The notes beneath the pieces are model-generated. The model saw only the letters and a list, made by a program, of their open reading frames with translations. It did no database searches and was not told where the DNA came from. Made by a program: the position numbers and the translations under genes. 64,000 bases of DNA, taken from Vicugna vicugna (Eukaryota). Below are positions 25,755-38,430 of this stretch, in pieces. The stretch covers positions 668,176 to 732,175 of the forward strand of contig MU058449.1 of assembly GCA_013265495.1 (NCBI GenBank). Direction: 5' to 3'. Position 1 is the stretch's first letter. Each line of letters starts with the position of its first letter.

Positions 25755-26714
25755 ATGGTACAAATCTGGAACAACAAGGAGATCTTAGGTAACTTGACAT
25801 CTAAATTTCCGACTTTCTTATTGAGTGGCATTCCTGGCCTAGAGTTTGTCCATGCCTGGATCTCTGTTCCTTTCTGCTGTCTTTATGCCACTGCACTCTC
25901 TGGAAACAGCATGATCCTGCTTGTCATCATTACCCAGCAGAATCTCCACGAGCCTATGTACTGTTTCCTCTCTATGCTGTCAGCTGCTGACTTGGGCTTG
26001 ACTCTTTCTACAATGTCAACAACGTTAGGTATCCTCTGGTTTGATGCTTGTGAAATCAGTCTAGATACCTGCATTATCCAGATGTTTTTTCTTCATGGAT
26101 TTACCATCATAGAATCTGGGGTGCTGGTGGCTATGGCCTTTGACCGCTACGTGGCAATTTGTGATCCCCTGAGGTACGCTACCAAACTCACTAATTACAG
26201 AATCATTCAGATGGGCCTCTTAATGATTATGCACACAGTCACATTAATATTACCACTACTTTTGCTCCTTAAACCCCTCAATTTTTGTGGAGTGAATGTC
26301 CTTTCCCATTCCTACTGCTATCATCCAGATGTGATTAAATTAGCATGTTCAGATACTCGGGTCAATAGCATGTGTGGGTTAATTGATCTCATCCTGACCA
26401 CAGGAGTAGATATACCATGCATCGTCCTGTCTTACATCTTGATCATTCGCTCTGTCCTCAGTATTGCCGCCCCTGAAGAACGACACAAGGCCTTTAGCAC
26501 CTGTGCCTCCCACGTTGGAGCAGTTGCTATTTTCTACATTCCCATGATGAGCTTGTCCTTGGTGCATCGCTATGGCCAGTCAGCCCCCAAAGCAGTCCAT
26601 TCGATGATGGCCAATGTATACCTGCTCTTGCCCCCTGCGCTCAACCCCATCATCTACAGTGTGAAAACAAAACAGATTCGCAAGGCTATACTCAGGTTTC
26701 TCCTTAAAAAATAA
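25755..26714 (+). CDS. OR51F1: Olfactory receptor OR51F1, 319 aa, intact ORF
   Basis: All OR motifs present. TSKFPTFLL, RIIQMGLLMI, CGLIDLILTTG, HRYGQSAP and VHSMMANVYLLLPP match human OR51F1 as I recall it. Confidence 0.9.
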   Translation: MVQIWNNKEILGNLTSKFPTFLLSGIPGLEFVHAWISVPFCCLYATALSGNSMILLVIITQQNLHEPMYCFLSMLSAADLGLTLSTMSTTLGILWFDACEISLDTCIIQMFFLHGFTIIESGVLVAMAFDRYVAICDPLRYATKLTNYRIIQMGLLMIMHTVTLILPLLLLLKPLNFCGVNVLSHSYCYHPDVIKLACSDTRVNSMCGLIDLILTTGVDIPCIVLSYILIIRSVLSIAAPEERHKAFSTCASHVGAVAIFYIPMMSLSLVHRYGQSAPKAVHSMMANVYLLLPPALNPIIYSVKTKQIRKAILRFLLKK

Positions 26715-27132
26715 ACAGAGATGATTAAGTTTGAGGAAAACATGATAGAAGTGGCTTTCACTGTACAAAAGCAATCCTGGTATGTTACTGAATATTAGAA
26801 ATTTTTTCTCATTTTTTTCACTTATTCAACAAATATTTAGTAAGCATTTTTGTGTTTTAGTCATGAAATATACATATAGTAAACCTTCAGGATTTTACAG
26901 TCCAATCAGGGAAACAGGAAAATAATAATAATGAAATAATAAATATAATACCTATAGTAACTATAGTAACCATAGTAACAGACAGAACCTTAAAACTCAG
27001 TTGCCAAAAATGGTAGAAAAATTCAAAGCAAAAAGGAGCTACAAACCTGATGAGAGTCACATCAGTTTTATTGCAATTGGCACAGTGGTCATAGGTAGGA
27101 GGGGGGCTTCATGAATCCCACAGCACTGGGGG

Positions 27133-27322
27133 CAGCAGTGTGCTGGAGCCAGCTCACACCTGCTTGCAGGAAGACACAGTGGGCATCTCTTCTCAACTCT
27201 GGGTTCAGTGATGTCATATTGGCAGCTTGAAATCAGCATTTACAACCGTGGGAATTGATAAACACGACAAATGAAGAGTTTTGTCTCTTTGTTTTAAGCT
27301 TCAGTTTACTAGCACACTAGTG
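27133..27322 (+). mobile_element. MER63A-like hAT MITE with perfect 8-bp TSD ACTGGGGG
   Basis: Termini cagcagtgtgctgg ... ctagcacactagtg; ACTGGGGG at 27125-27132 and 27323-27330. Confidence 0.85.
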
Positions 27323-28799
27323 ACTGGGGGGTCTATCTTATGTTTGGCCTTGTGAGAAGCAATAGAAATTAGAATGTCCAGAAAATGTAATCCCTTGCAC
27401 TCAAGAAACTTGAAGTCTAATGTGTGAAAGTAGTGATGTAGGCAAAAATGTTACAAAATAATGTATGAAGTGTTGTGATAGTTGATAATACAAGATTATA
27501 CCCCTTGTCTGTGTTGCCATCTGAGTTTAAAATGTTCCCCAAGATAAATGGAGGAGAAGAGTACTTTGGAAGAAACTGTGGGAAAATCTAAGAACTGTTG
27601 TGTCACCATGTTACTCTTCATAGAGGAATGCTGTCCTGAATTTTAAATTCATACACCCTACCTGGACATAACACTGAAAAATAGGAAAACACAAAATCTT
27701 TTTTTTCTTTTATCCTTTTGTTTTCTCTATCCATCAGATCCTTCCAGGTGAAATTAGATTATAAGATTTTCATTAGTTGCTTAGGGAACATCTCTAGTTT
27801 AAACAATACTATTTTATAAAGAATTGATTTGTAGATTTGGTTTAGAAATTCGGCTGTGCTCCCTGAATTGTAAATGTGGGGAACTTTTGTTCTGGCAATT
27901 GTGCATGCCTGTTAGTTGCTTCAGAAAGAGAGAATGCATAAGAATATTAAAGCTGAAGGATTTTGTTTTGAGATTCTCATAGCACTACAGCATTATAAAG
28001 GTACTCCTAGCTTTTAAAGAAAAGAATCTAGATATCTTTGGAAACATCTGGCTGGAACTGAACATGAAAACAAGATGATGGGCAAGGAGAAAAGTATTGG
28101 GGAACTTCTATGAGGTGCCAACAAAACTTAGATAATTTTATTTAGCTTGGGTTGTCTTGGTCAACCAAATGTCTAGGATATGACATATACATGCCACTGA
28201 GTGTGAGCCATTAAAGGGACTAGGCTATTGCCTGACTTAGTATGTCTAGTGGACTTGAAATATGTTTATTAAATTAGCATTCTAATAAATCACATTAGCT
28301 CAAGGGATCATCATTATCAAGATACTCATAAGAGAGCCTTGAAGATCTGGGTACCTCATCCCATAGGTCACAGGTAGAAATAAGAAAGGGACAAGGAAGG
28401 AAGAACAGCTGTATGAATGTGAAGTCATAACATTGTTTTCACTGTTTTTCCATACACTGTGGATGTCCTGATTGATTTGTGTGTACCTGTTGTTTTCTCT
28501 GTCTTTTCTCTCTATTCAATTGATTTATCTGATCAGTTTGTGAAAAAAAAATCCATCAAAATGTTTCCTGCAGAAGGATGGATCTAGTTGATGTTTCTCA
28601 GCCTTGAAGTAAGATGCTTACTTATCTACTTCATTAGCCAGTTTTACAAATAGGCTTTTATTGTCACCATTCCTCTGATGCAGCAGGTTAACCCCATGTT
28701 CAGTTATGCCACTTCTCACTCTAACATACCACATTCTTTCTCTTTAGTTTTTAACCTACATTGTATTCATAGTTCTACTTCAATGAATCATTCTTCAAC

Positions 28800-29290
28800 C
28801 AACAGAATAAAGTGGCTGAGGAAAGTGAGCAAGCTGGGATGGATAGATCACATAAGGTCAGAACACTCACCCTCAGATGACTTCCATGACAGGGCCCAAA
28901 GGACACACAATTCACTAAGGCTATTAGGAGTGACCTGTGAAAATTATCCCAGCATTACTAAGAAGTTAAGCAGTGGCTCTCCTCATCTGACCGGAGATGA
29001 CCGTAGGAGTTGCAGTCACAGATCCAGGCTCATTAGTATCCGTGCATATGGTGAAGTCTTGACATAATAGAGGCCAGTTAGCAGTGCTTAATCACCAAAA
29101 CCCAGAGGGCTGTGATGGTGAGAACCAACAAAGTCCAAAGGGCAGACAAGAGAGTTTAACATGCAAGCAGTTGTAGAGATGGTTAATTGAGCATGTCATC
29201 CCTGGGGCAAAACAGACAAGCAGCCAAAAAGGGGCTAGCTAGGTAACATCACAAAAAGAAGACAAGAATGGATGGATGAGAAAGAGGCTT
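28800..29290 (+). mobile_element. Degenerate ERVL internal (gag-like) fragment
   Basis: ggctgaggaaagtgagcaagctgggatggat...agggcccaaaggacacacaattcactaaggctattagg...aatagaggccagttagcagtgcttaatcacca resembles ERV3/ERVL internal sequence. Confidence 0.55.
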
Positions 29291-29309
29291 AGAAGAACTG
29301 TTATACTCT

Positions 29310-29620
29310 GATATGAGCTTGACCTTGGGTGAAGGAGAGATAAGAGTAGGTTTTGGTAGAATGAAACATCTTAGACTATAGTGCAGTTCTAAACAGAATT
29401 AGCCACGGCTACTGGGTATCCACAAGTCAAAGTCACCTGTCAGGGGAGTCCTGTGTGTTCCAGGACTGGACCTGCCTTAGTTTCCTGGCCACCCTCAGCC
29501 ATTGGCTGGAAGCAGCTTGTGGGAAGTGTGGCTTCCTTGGACTGTGATGGGTTTAAAAGCTCAGCAGCTAGGACCATTGTTCTCCCTAATCCCAAATGTC
29601 AAAGGCACATTTTAATCACC
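29310..29620 (-). mobile_element. ERVL LTR fragment (LTR16-like)
   Basis: cctgccttagtttcctggccaccctcagccattggctggaagcagc...gggaagtgtggc pattern. Confidence 0.5.
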
Positions 29621-32600
29621 AGCACATCTGTCAAAATAAGAGGCAAATATGTAGGATAGTACAAGGTGGAACCAAACCACCAAACCTTGAAACAAGAGAA
29701 ACCAGAGCATGTGCTCAGGAGGCATTTAACCATCTGCCACTTCCCAGTCTGCATGTGCCTCTCTTGAAACTTCAAACACTCAGGAAACGGAGTAGCAGAG
29801 TGAAGAATATATGAAAATTTTAGAATTATTTTTGCAGCTTTTCTGTAACCCAGAAATTATTTTGAAATATGTTGAAAATACTCATTAGAAAGCATCTCAT
29901 TGGTCCTGCTGGAGTCAGGTATCAAAAGTCTCTACTACTCATCAGTCACGTGTACAAGCCCAGAGTATTGGGCCCACCTCTAGGTCTAAGGCTGCTGTCA
30001 GAAAAGGGAGAATATTTTGCCAAAGGACTACCCAACATCACTCTAATACCCACTCTTTATCCAACAGAGTGCATTAAGAACATTCAATTAGAGACAGATG
30101 TCTTTAAAGCAAAGTCAAGATCCTGGGGATTAAATGATTGGCTAAACAAAAGAATGTAGTCAAAAGTTTCCCTTTTAGCGAAACTGCTCAAGGCAAAAGT
30201 ATCAAAGATTACAAAATCACTGATAAATAACAGAGCAGTTACATAAAATTACGGCGTGTAAACACGTTATTAGCACTCCATAGGCCAAGAGAGATGGCTT
30301 CAGATATTTTGAAGCAAAGATTAAAAGGTAATCAAGATTAAAAAAAAGTTACTTTGTTAGGCACAGAAATAATAAAATATCCCTCGCATATAATTTATAT
30401 TCTTATAAAATTTTCATGTTTATTATGTTAAATAATTACTTATTCTGACAATTTCTCTTTTATGAACTCAATTTAATACTAAATACTTTGCTGCTAATAA
30501 CAAATAATACTACACACCATTAAACTTTAAGGAAACTAATAATTGTTAGTCTGGGACAATTTATGAGAATTAACCAAAATATGCAAAAAGCAACTACAAA
30601 ATGTCTGTAGTAACTTAAATCTATGTTTCTATACTCATTGTCCTGTGTTGTGTTGGACAGACAGGAAAGAAATCCATTATTGAAAACTAATTTTCACAAA
30701 AATATACATTTATTTGTCCATCATTTATTCATTCAGTGACTATTTATCTACACCTACTATGTATAAAAATAAATAAAGCATACTCTCTAAAAACATGTAT
30801 TCTCATGAAGTATTTTTAACCATGTCTTTTTACCAGAATAACCCATATGCCCAATTAATACCTCAAAGTCAGCAAGTCTGAAACCAAACTTATTTGGTTT
30901 CATTAAGAAACAAATCCTGTTGATGAGTGAAATTATTTCTGATAATGAAGAATGCAAGGTGATTCAAAGTTTTTTGTCTTTGAAAACACTTGACCAGTTG
31001 ATCCTCTGACCTGGACATGTTTCTGTTTAAATTTCTATTTGATCAACTGTGTCTACCAGTACATGTCAGATAAAGAAAAAAATATGTTTTAGCCTAAATA
31101 ACTAAGACTAAATAAGATAATGCACTTGAAATTACTTGGAAAATAATAATCACTATACAGATGTTAATTAATATAATCCTTGAGAACCAACCTATTTTTT
31201 TTCTGAAAGTTGCTTCCACTTGAGTCACGCTGTTGCCAAATCTTTCTTCTTGTATTGAAAGGGCTACCCCTCTGGTGCCCCTTGACTTCTGATTCTGTTT
31301 TACTCCTTGCTTCTGAATTGTAGGAATACATGTTTTCATTTTAACAAACAATGCATATACACTGTGTACCTGGTACTATGCTATTACCTGGAGATACTTT
31401 CAAAGCATTCACTTAGTTGTACATAAAAATCTATAAATAGATTCTTTACAAGAAGCACACAGAATAAAAACCAAGAGGAAAATACCAGATCATCATCTTA
31501 AATGCAGTATCCATGTTCAAAGTAACAGTTCAATTTCATTTTTAATTAAAACATGTAAACAGAGAGTTACTGCGTCATTGTGTTTATTTTTCTTTGTTTG
31601 GTTCTTTTTCACCTGTCTTAGCATCCACATTTCCTGATGCCAGATAAGCAATCTGGAGCCAGGAAGGCAAAGCACAAAAGAAGAAATCCCCCTAGGGTGT
31701 GTTTATCCCAGTTGGGTAAATGACTACACCATCAAGATTCCTTATAAAAATTCTCCATTCATAGAGGTAAATGGGTGATCTTCATATACCCACTCTAAGT
31801 AAGAGTAAAAGAAGTCTTTCCTCTCATCTAAAGGCCAAGTCAAGCAGCAGTTTTCAGATCAGAAACAGTACTTGCTCCTGTCTATAGTAAAATCTGTCTG
31901 ATGACTCTAAGCTGCATCGTGAGTAGCTTAGCTTAGCTAAACAAAGGGAAGACTTTTCTTGGAAGTGAAGTTAAAGACAATAATTCACCTAGTCTTGTGG
32001 CATTTGCTCCATCAACATCTCTATTTGTATTCCTTCTAATTTTCCAGATTTTGAATGGTAAGACTTTCCCCACTTACCCCTTTACTTTATCTTCAAGCCC
32101 TCTGAGCTCCTGGTTATTCTTAATTCCCACTCTTTCATTGACTTTTTTGACCCTGATGCCTATTCAGAAATCCCAAATCCTGTATAGATGTTTCACTTTA
32201 GTTTAGTTTAGTTAATGATGGTAAAAGCTGTTCTATATATATATATAGAACACACACACACATATATATTTCTTGATACATACAATAGTCAAACCTCAAA
32301 AATACAGTCATTGACATAACCTCACTATTTTTTAACTTAATTTCTAATTGGTTTACATTTACTGCAGCATATTTATTGCATATGGTGTCCTAAGTCTGCA
32401 GCAATCTGATTTATCTTTTTTATTTTGAACATAAGGGCCAGTATGACACAGGAAAATGACCATACCCTTTGAGTCAGACAGATCTGGACTCACACACTGG
32501 CTCCATTATATCTACTGATGGGAACCTTCAATAATTTCTTTTCTCTGAACATAAGTCAGCTCACCTGAAAACGAGGAATGTCAGTCACTGCCTATTTCAT

Positions 32601-35600
32601 GGTGCCATTAAAGTAACAGTGTAGACATATCTAGCAAAGAATCTGGCCCAATATTAATTTTTCTTCTCTCTGAGAACAATTAAAACTATCCTCTCATCAG
32701 TCTTCCAACCTTTCACCTACTTCATATTTCAGGTCCCAGACACAGACGGCAGTGCCTCCCTTCAACATAATCAAACAACAGTCACTGCTTCACCTCCATG
32801 TAAGTAACTTGTAACATTGCACAGACTATTTTCCTAAATTCAGAAAATGTATATGTTTTGTTTTTAATCGGGTAAGTCGAATGTTTGAATGTGTTTTCAT
32901 CTGATTTAACTTGGAACACAATGTGCTCTTTCAGGCTCCAGACCCTACAGTCTTCTTTTGGAACAGTCATTTTTCTTCCACTTGTTTTGGTTTGTTTTTC
33001 CAGGGATGGTAATTATCTGTATGTTGTCTTTTCACTTTTTGCCCTTCACAAATATAATTGTCTCATTGTTTTCTTTTTATTATTTACTCCTGTGCATTTA
33101 TGGGAGAGTTTTCAAATATATTCTCCTAATTGAACTGATTTAAATTACTGTACCTCAGTTCTGCTTTTCATTGTATCTGACATTTGCTTTAATTCATTAT
33201 GTTTGTAGTATCTCATAATTTTGGCCTTTTTCCCCAATTTTTTTCTTTAATAATGATATACAGTGCTATTGTCTGAGTTACCTTAGGGTATTTTCTTCTC
33301 AGTTCTACAGGGGTTTTAACATCTTTGATGATGACCGAGTCTTTATGATGTAATAAGGAATGTGCTGTGTGGTTTACAGACATTATTAAATGTTCATATA
33401 TGCTTATACTTTGACTTTTCCAGATGCTCTTCCCTTTTAATTTGTATGCAATATTTTAAAGATTTTATGCTAGCATATATTTTCCTTTATACACTCCCTA
33501 GCAGAAAGCAAGGTCTGTCACACCTAGTTTTTCAATAAACTCTTCATGGGGCTTGCTCATGGCTGCTGTCACAAGTATGATTATATAGAGTGCACTTTCT
33601 GATCTGATTTGCAGTTTCACTAAGTAACACCCATGCCACTAACGTCATCTAGTTCTTTGCCACTTTGAAATAATGGAGGAAATTAAAACCTAAATTCCAA
33701 AATTGTGCTGTTGCCAGATTTATTCTGTTTCCTCTTCTGCTGACAAAGATGTACTTGAGCGAATATTTCAAAATTCAGTGTGTCTCTACTAATGCTACCC
33801 CTCGCACCAATATCTTTGCCTGTTTTTCTTGAGGTGAGATGTCTGGTGCAAGGAGAATGCTCTGGGTCACTTTATAGTTAAGCATCTTATAGAAAGAGAT
33901 GCCTCTTTTTATTTTGGTGTGGACTCTGGATTCCTGAGTGTAGACTATGGTAATGGTGTTAAGTGCTATCCTATGTTTTGACTTAATTCATCTCCATATT
34001 CCTTAGTTAGGAGCAGTTAATCACTCTAAAAACATTCTGGAAGAAGGCTACCTATCAGTTTTAACATTGATATTTCTTTGGTCTATTCCTTTTCCCCTTT
34101 TTTGAGAATTTGATAGAAATTGAGAGAGACTGTTTCAGGAAGTACTGGTTAAAGATACTTTATAATGAAAGTCTACTTAAAATCTTAGGAAAACTCTAAG
34201 AGTGATACACTGTATAAATTAGAAAGAATTGCAGTGCAGACAGATATTGATGATCAACACATGGGAGGTGAGAATACATTCATATTTCTGAATTAGGCAA
34301 CCTGATACATCAGGCTAGCATAGATCTGTAGACCTACAATTGAGCCATAGAGCTATCAATCAAAACGGGAAAAAGCAGAATACACACGCTGCGGGGGCTC
34401 TGTGGACTAATGCAGGTGTGGTAGTTTTGCGCTTGAGTTTCTTTAGTGGAGAAATCGAAGAGGTAAACATATGGGTCTGATATTTAAGAGGGTAGCCTGG
34501 GATGAATTAAATATTTTAAAGTAGTAAAGTAAATGAATAAAAAGGATTGTCCATGGAATGCTATGGAATCGAAAGTATGTAGAAATAAGTAACATGTTTG
34601 GAGAAATAAGGATGCTGATTTTTAACTAAATCTGTAAGTAAGTTATGTAGCTAATTAGATGATAAAATTGTATTAAAATGGGCCTACTTAGTGGAAATGA
34701 TCTTGGATGGCATTCCAAAGGAACTACAGAAGACTTAAAGAAGTTAAAAATGTATTTTGAGCAATAGCTTTATTTTTATAAAAATGTTATGTCCACTGCA
34801 GATTAATTTCAATTAGAGCATCTCATGCTTGAGAGTTTCCTATTTGCTAAAATTAAGCTGCATTCATTTATTTAAATAGCATACAAAACATATACAATCC
34901 AGAAATAAAACTGTTTGAACTCTGAACCATAGAAATGTCAAATAAGAGATTTACATAGATATCTCTAACATATTTGCCTTGTTTATTAATAGAGAATTAT
35001 ATCATTGTTGACGTAGAATTATATCATCATTATTATAATTATTATTTTCATTAGAATATGTAGTGTAGTTTTTAATAGCACAGGCTCTAAAGTCTTAATT
35101 TTCTCATTCGTAATGTCATCCCTTTCAGATTTTACAACATTTGGCAATTTATCCTAACTTTTAAATTTCTCTTTATTTTTATCTGTAATAAAAACCTCTC
35201 TCTTTTAGGTTTGCCATAGGCTCAAATGAAATAATCTATATAAAATACTTAAAACATTGTATAGGATATGGTCTTAACATTCACATAATGTTATATATCT
35301 GAGTAACCCTATAAGAGATCAAAGGCCAGATTAAGGACCAGAGTATACATGTTACAAAAGATTATTATTGTTTTCCTCGTTGATTTTTACCACAACACAG
35401 GCAGCCCCATAGTGGTAAGCAAGGCAGTATTTTAATGTTACAATTCAAGAATATCAAGCTTCAGATTCACGGGACCCGAAGCATCTTCCCTCTAGTTCCC
35501 TTTAATAAATAAATGTAATGAGAAAGGATGAACTGACATTATCTAGGGTGGAGTCTTAGGTATATGTAATCCCTGAAAAAGAGATGTTTCCCTGCAAAGT

Positions 35601-35899
35601 TACAATGATTTTTCACTTAGATTCTGAGTTTAATAATTCTAAAGGTCCAAGGCAGAATCAGTCAATTATTCTCTTAGGCCAAGTCCTGCTCATGGTTAAA
35701 TAGAATATTTCAGGAAGAGCAAATGAAATACAAATCAATTAGTAAATACATACTGAATATTTACTATAAGTGAAGAAATCTACAAGACAGAGATAAGCTA
35801 AAATTAACCTTTTATTCTAACGAGTCCTCATTAATAAGCATCAGTTTATAATCCAGTTGAAAATTTAAAATGTAATAAAAAATACTGGTAAGGGTACAG

Positions 35900-36285
35900 G
35901 ATAATAAGTGATAAACACCAAATAGATTTAGCTAAGTAAAATGAAATTAAATTGAACTCCAATAAATATCTTATTTCAGTGATGAATTTCACAGACATGA
36001 TACTAAGTGAAAAAAAAGCAAGATGCAAATAGTATACACTGCATGATTCCATTTACATCAAGATCAAGAACAGAAATTATGGTAATAGAAGTCAGACCAA
36101 TGGTTACTATAAAAGGGAACATGGATGAGGATGAAGTCTTCTTGGTTAGTGGTAATAATTTGTAGTTGATCTCAGAAGTGGTTACACTAGTGTGTATAGA
36201 TGCCAAACTTAACTGAGCTGTACTCTAAAGTCTTGTGCACTTTACTAAATGTGCATTTAATTTCAAATAAAAATAATTTTAAAAT
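35900..36285 (+). mobile_element. Old L1 3' end abutting the OR start
   Basis: gatgaatttcacagacatgatactaagtgaaaaaaaagc...tgcatgattccatttacat...gtgcactttactaaatgtgcatttaatttcaaataaaa. Confidence 0.75.
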
Positions 36286-36337
36286 TCTAAATTTAGAAAG
36301 TCAAGCTCTTACAAGAGAATTCTGCTCCTGCAGCATA

Positions 36338-37282
36338 ATGACAATTTTCCATAATTCCACTTTCCCTACTTTCCTCTTGACTGGGGCTCCTGGACTTGAA
36401 TGGGCCCATGTCTGGATCTCCATCCCCTTCTGCTGCCTCTATATAACTGCTCTTTCTGGAAATTTCTTGATCCTGTTCGTAGTCCTCACTGAGCCAAGCC
36501 TCCATGAGCCCATGTACTATTTCCTCTTCATGTTGTCCACCACCGACATTGGCTTATGCATCTCCACACTGGTGACGGTACTGGGAATATTCTGGGTCAA
36601 TGCCCGGGAAATTAGCTTCAATGCTTGCTTATCACAGATGTTCTTCATTCATCTTTTCACTTTCATGGAATCTTCAGTGCTCCTGGCTATGGCCTTTGAT
36701 CGCTTTGTGGCCATTTGTAACCCCTTGAGATATGCCACCATTCTAACGCACACAAGGATCGCACAGATTGGTTTAGCAGTCATCACCAGAGGGACAGTCA
36801 TTCTGACACCACTAGTCCTGCTTCTTAAGCGTCTATCATTCTGCAACAGTCATGTGCTCCATCACTCCTACTGCTTCCACCCTGATGTGATGAAGCTCTC
36901 GTGTTCAGATACAAAGATTAATAGTGCATTTGGACTAACTGCAATTATCTCTACTGCTGGAGTGGACTCTGTCTTTATCCTGCTCTCCTACGTCTTGATT
37001 ATTCGCTCAGTTCTCAACATCGCATCCCCAGAGGAGAGGAAAAAAGCCTTCAGCACTTGCATTTCTCATATCACTGCTGTGGCCATATTTTACATTCCTC
37101 TGATCAGCCTGTCTTTTGTTCACAGATTTGGAAAACATGCTCCACGCTATGTGCCCACACTCATTGCTAATGTATACTTGCTCGTTCCCCCTGTGATGAA
37201 CCCCATCATCTATAGCATAAAAACAAAGCAGATTCAGAAAGCTATGCTCAAACTTGTATGTTCCAATGGACTTCATATTTAA
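36338..37282 (+). CDS. Intact OR51F-subfamily olfactory receptor, 314 aa (positionally may correspond to human OR51F4P)
   Basis: ATG 36338 (MTIFHNST), LHEPMYYFL, MAFDRFVAICNPLRY, HSYCFHPDVMKLSC, KAFSTCISH, HRFG, PPVMNPIIYSIKTKQI; candidate acceptor cctgcag ends at 36333. Confidence 0.93.
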   Translation: MTIFHNSTFPTFLLTGAPGLEWAHVWISIPFCCLYITALSGNFLILFVVLTEPSLHEPMYYFLFMLSTTDIGLCISTLVTVLGIFWVNAREISFNACLSQMFFIHLFTFMESSVLLAMAFDRFVAICNPLRYATILTHTRIAQIGLAVITRGTVILTPLVLLLKRLSFCNSHVLHHSYCFHPDVMKLSCSDTKINSAFGLTAIISTAGVDSVFILLSYVLIIRSVLNIASPEERKKAFSTCISHITAVAIFYIPLISLSFVHRFGKHAPRYVPTLIANVYLLVPPVMNPIIYSIKTKQIQKAMLKLVCSNGLHI

Positions 37283-38084
37283 CAATTCTGCTCCCATAAT
37301 GACCTATTTCAAAGTCAGTGAAAATTTACCACAAATTGGAGTTAAAAACCTGTACAATTTTAGAGTTGGGTGGAGCTAGACATTATCCAGTTTGAACATC
37401 TCCACAATTTAGTTAATTCCACCTAAAGCAATCGTAGCTTTTCTACCACTAAAATATCAATTCAGAGTTTCACTACTTCTCCACTAACTTGTTCCTATAG
37501 ATGACTAACCAAACTCTCATCTCTATTCTATTTCTGCCCAAAAGTACCCATCATTCACTTTGAACTAATTTTCCAAATATCCAGCTCAAATAAAATTCTA
37601 AAACAAACTAGTAGATATCTCTTTCATGGTTATTTCTTATACACCAACTAAGCAAAGCAAAATCTCCCATCTATGATGAAGTCCTCCACAGTTAGGGTTC
37701 AACTTTCCTTTAAAGTTTAATCTACCTATTTCTCTCTTCACATGTTTTATAAGTCTAAGGAAATCTGTCCGCTAACTGCTCTGTCATGTACATGCAATTT
37801 TCCTAATGGTGTGCTTTACTATTGATGCCACTTTAACCCCAACACCTGCTACTACAACTGGAAACTACCTATGTGTCAAGGGTCATCTTTAAATATCTTC
37901 TCTATTAAATTTTTCACGATTACTCCAATGACATCTGATCTCTCATTCTCATAATTTGCCCTTTATAGTGCTCTATCTGTATCTTTTTTGCCTTCAAGTG
38001 TTTTTGACTATACACTTGTACATAATTATTATAGTTTCCACAAGGCTGTAAATTCCCTAAATTAAAAAAAAGTCTTGATTTTCT

Positions 38085-38430
38085 TTTTTTAATATAATTT
38101 TCTTTTTTATTTTATTTTTATTGAAATGTAGTTGATTTATAATGTTTCAGGTGTACAGCAAATCGATTCAGTTATACATATACATACATGCATAAATATA
38201 CACATGTATTTTCAGTCTTTTCCATTATAGCTTATTACAAGAAATTGAATATAGTTCCCTGTGCTATACAGTAGGTCCTTGTTTATCTATTTTATATATA
38301 ATGGTGTGTATGTGTTAATCCCAAACTCCAAATTTATGCCTCCCCCCTCTCTCTCTTCTTCATAGTTTGTTTTCTATGTCTGTGTCTCTTTCTAGTTTGT
38401 AAATAAAATGTGTTATCTTTTTTTTTAGTT
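38085..38430 (-). mobile_element. L1 3' end (cetartiodactyl type)
   Basis: ttttattgaaatgtagttgatttataatgtttcaggtgtacagcaa...gaatatagttccctgtgctatacagtaggtcctt. Confidence 0.8.

Noticed and set aside
26952..26978. 9-nt unit (c[tc]atagtaa) repeated three times
   Set aside because: Trivial slippage duplication with no further structure.
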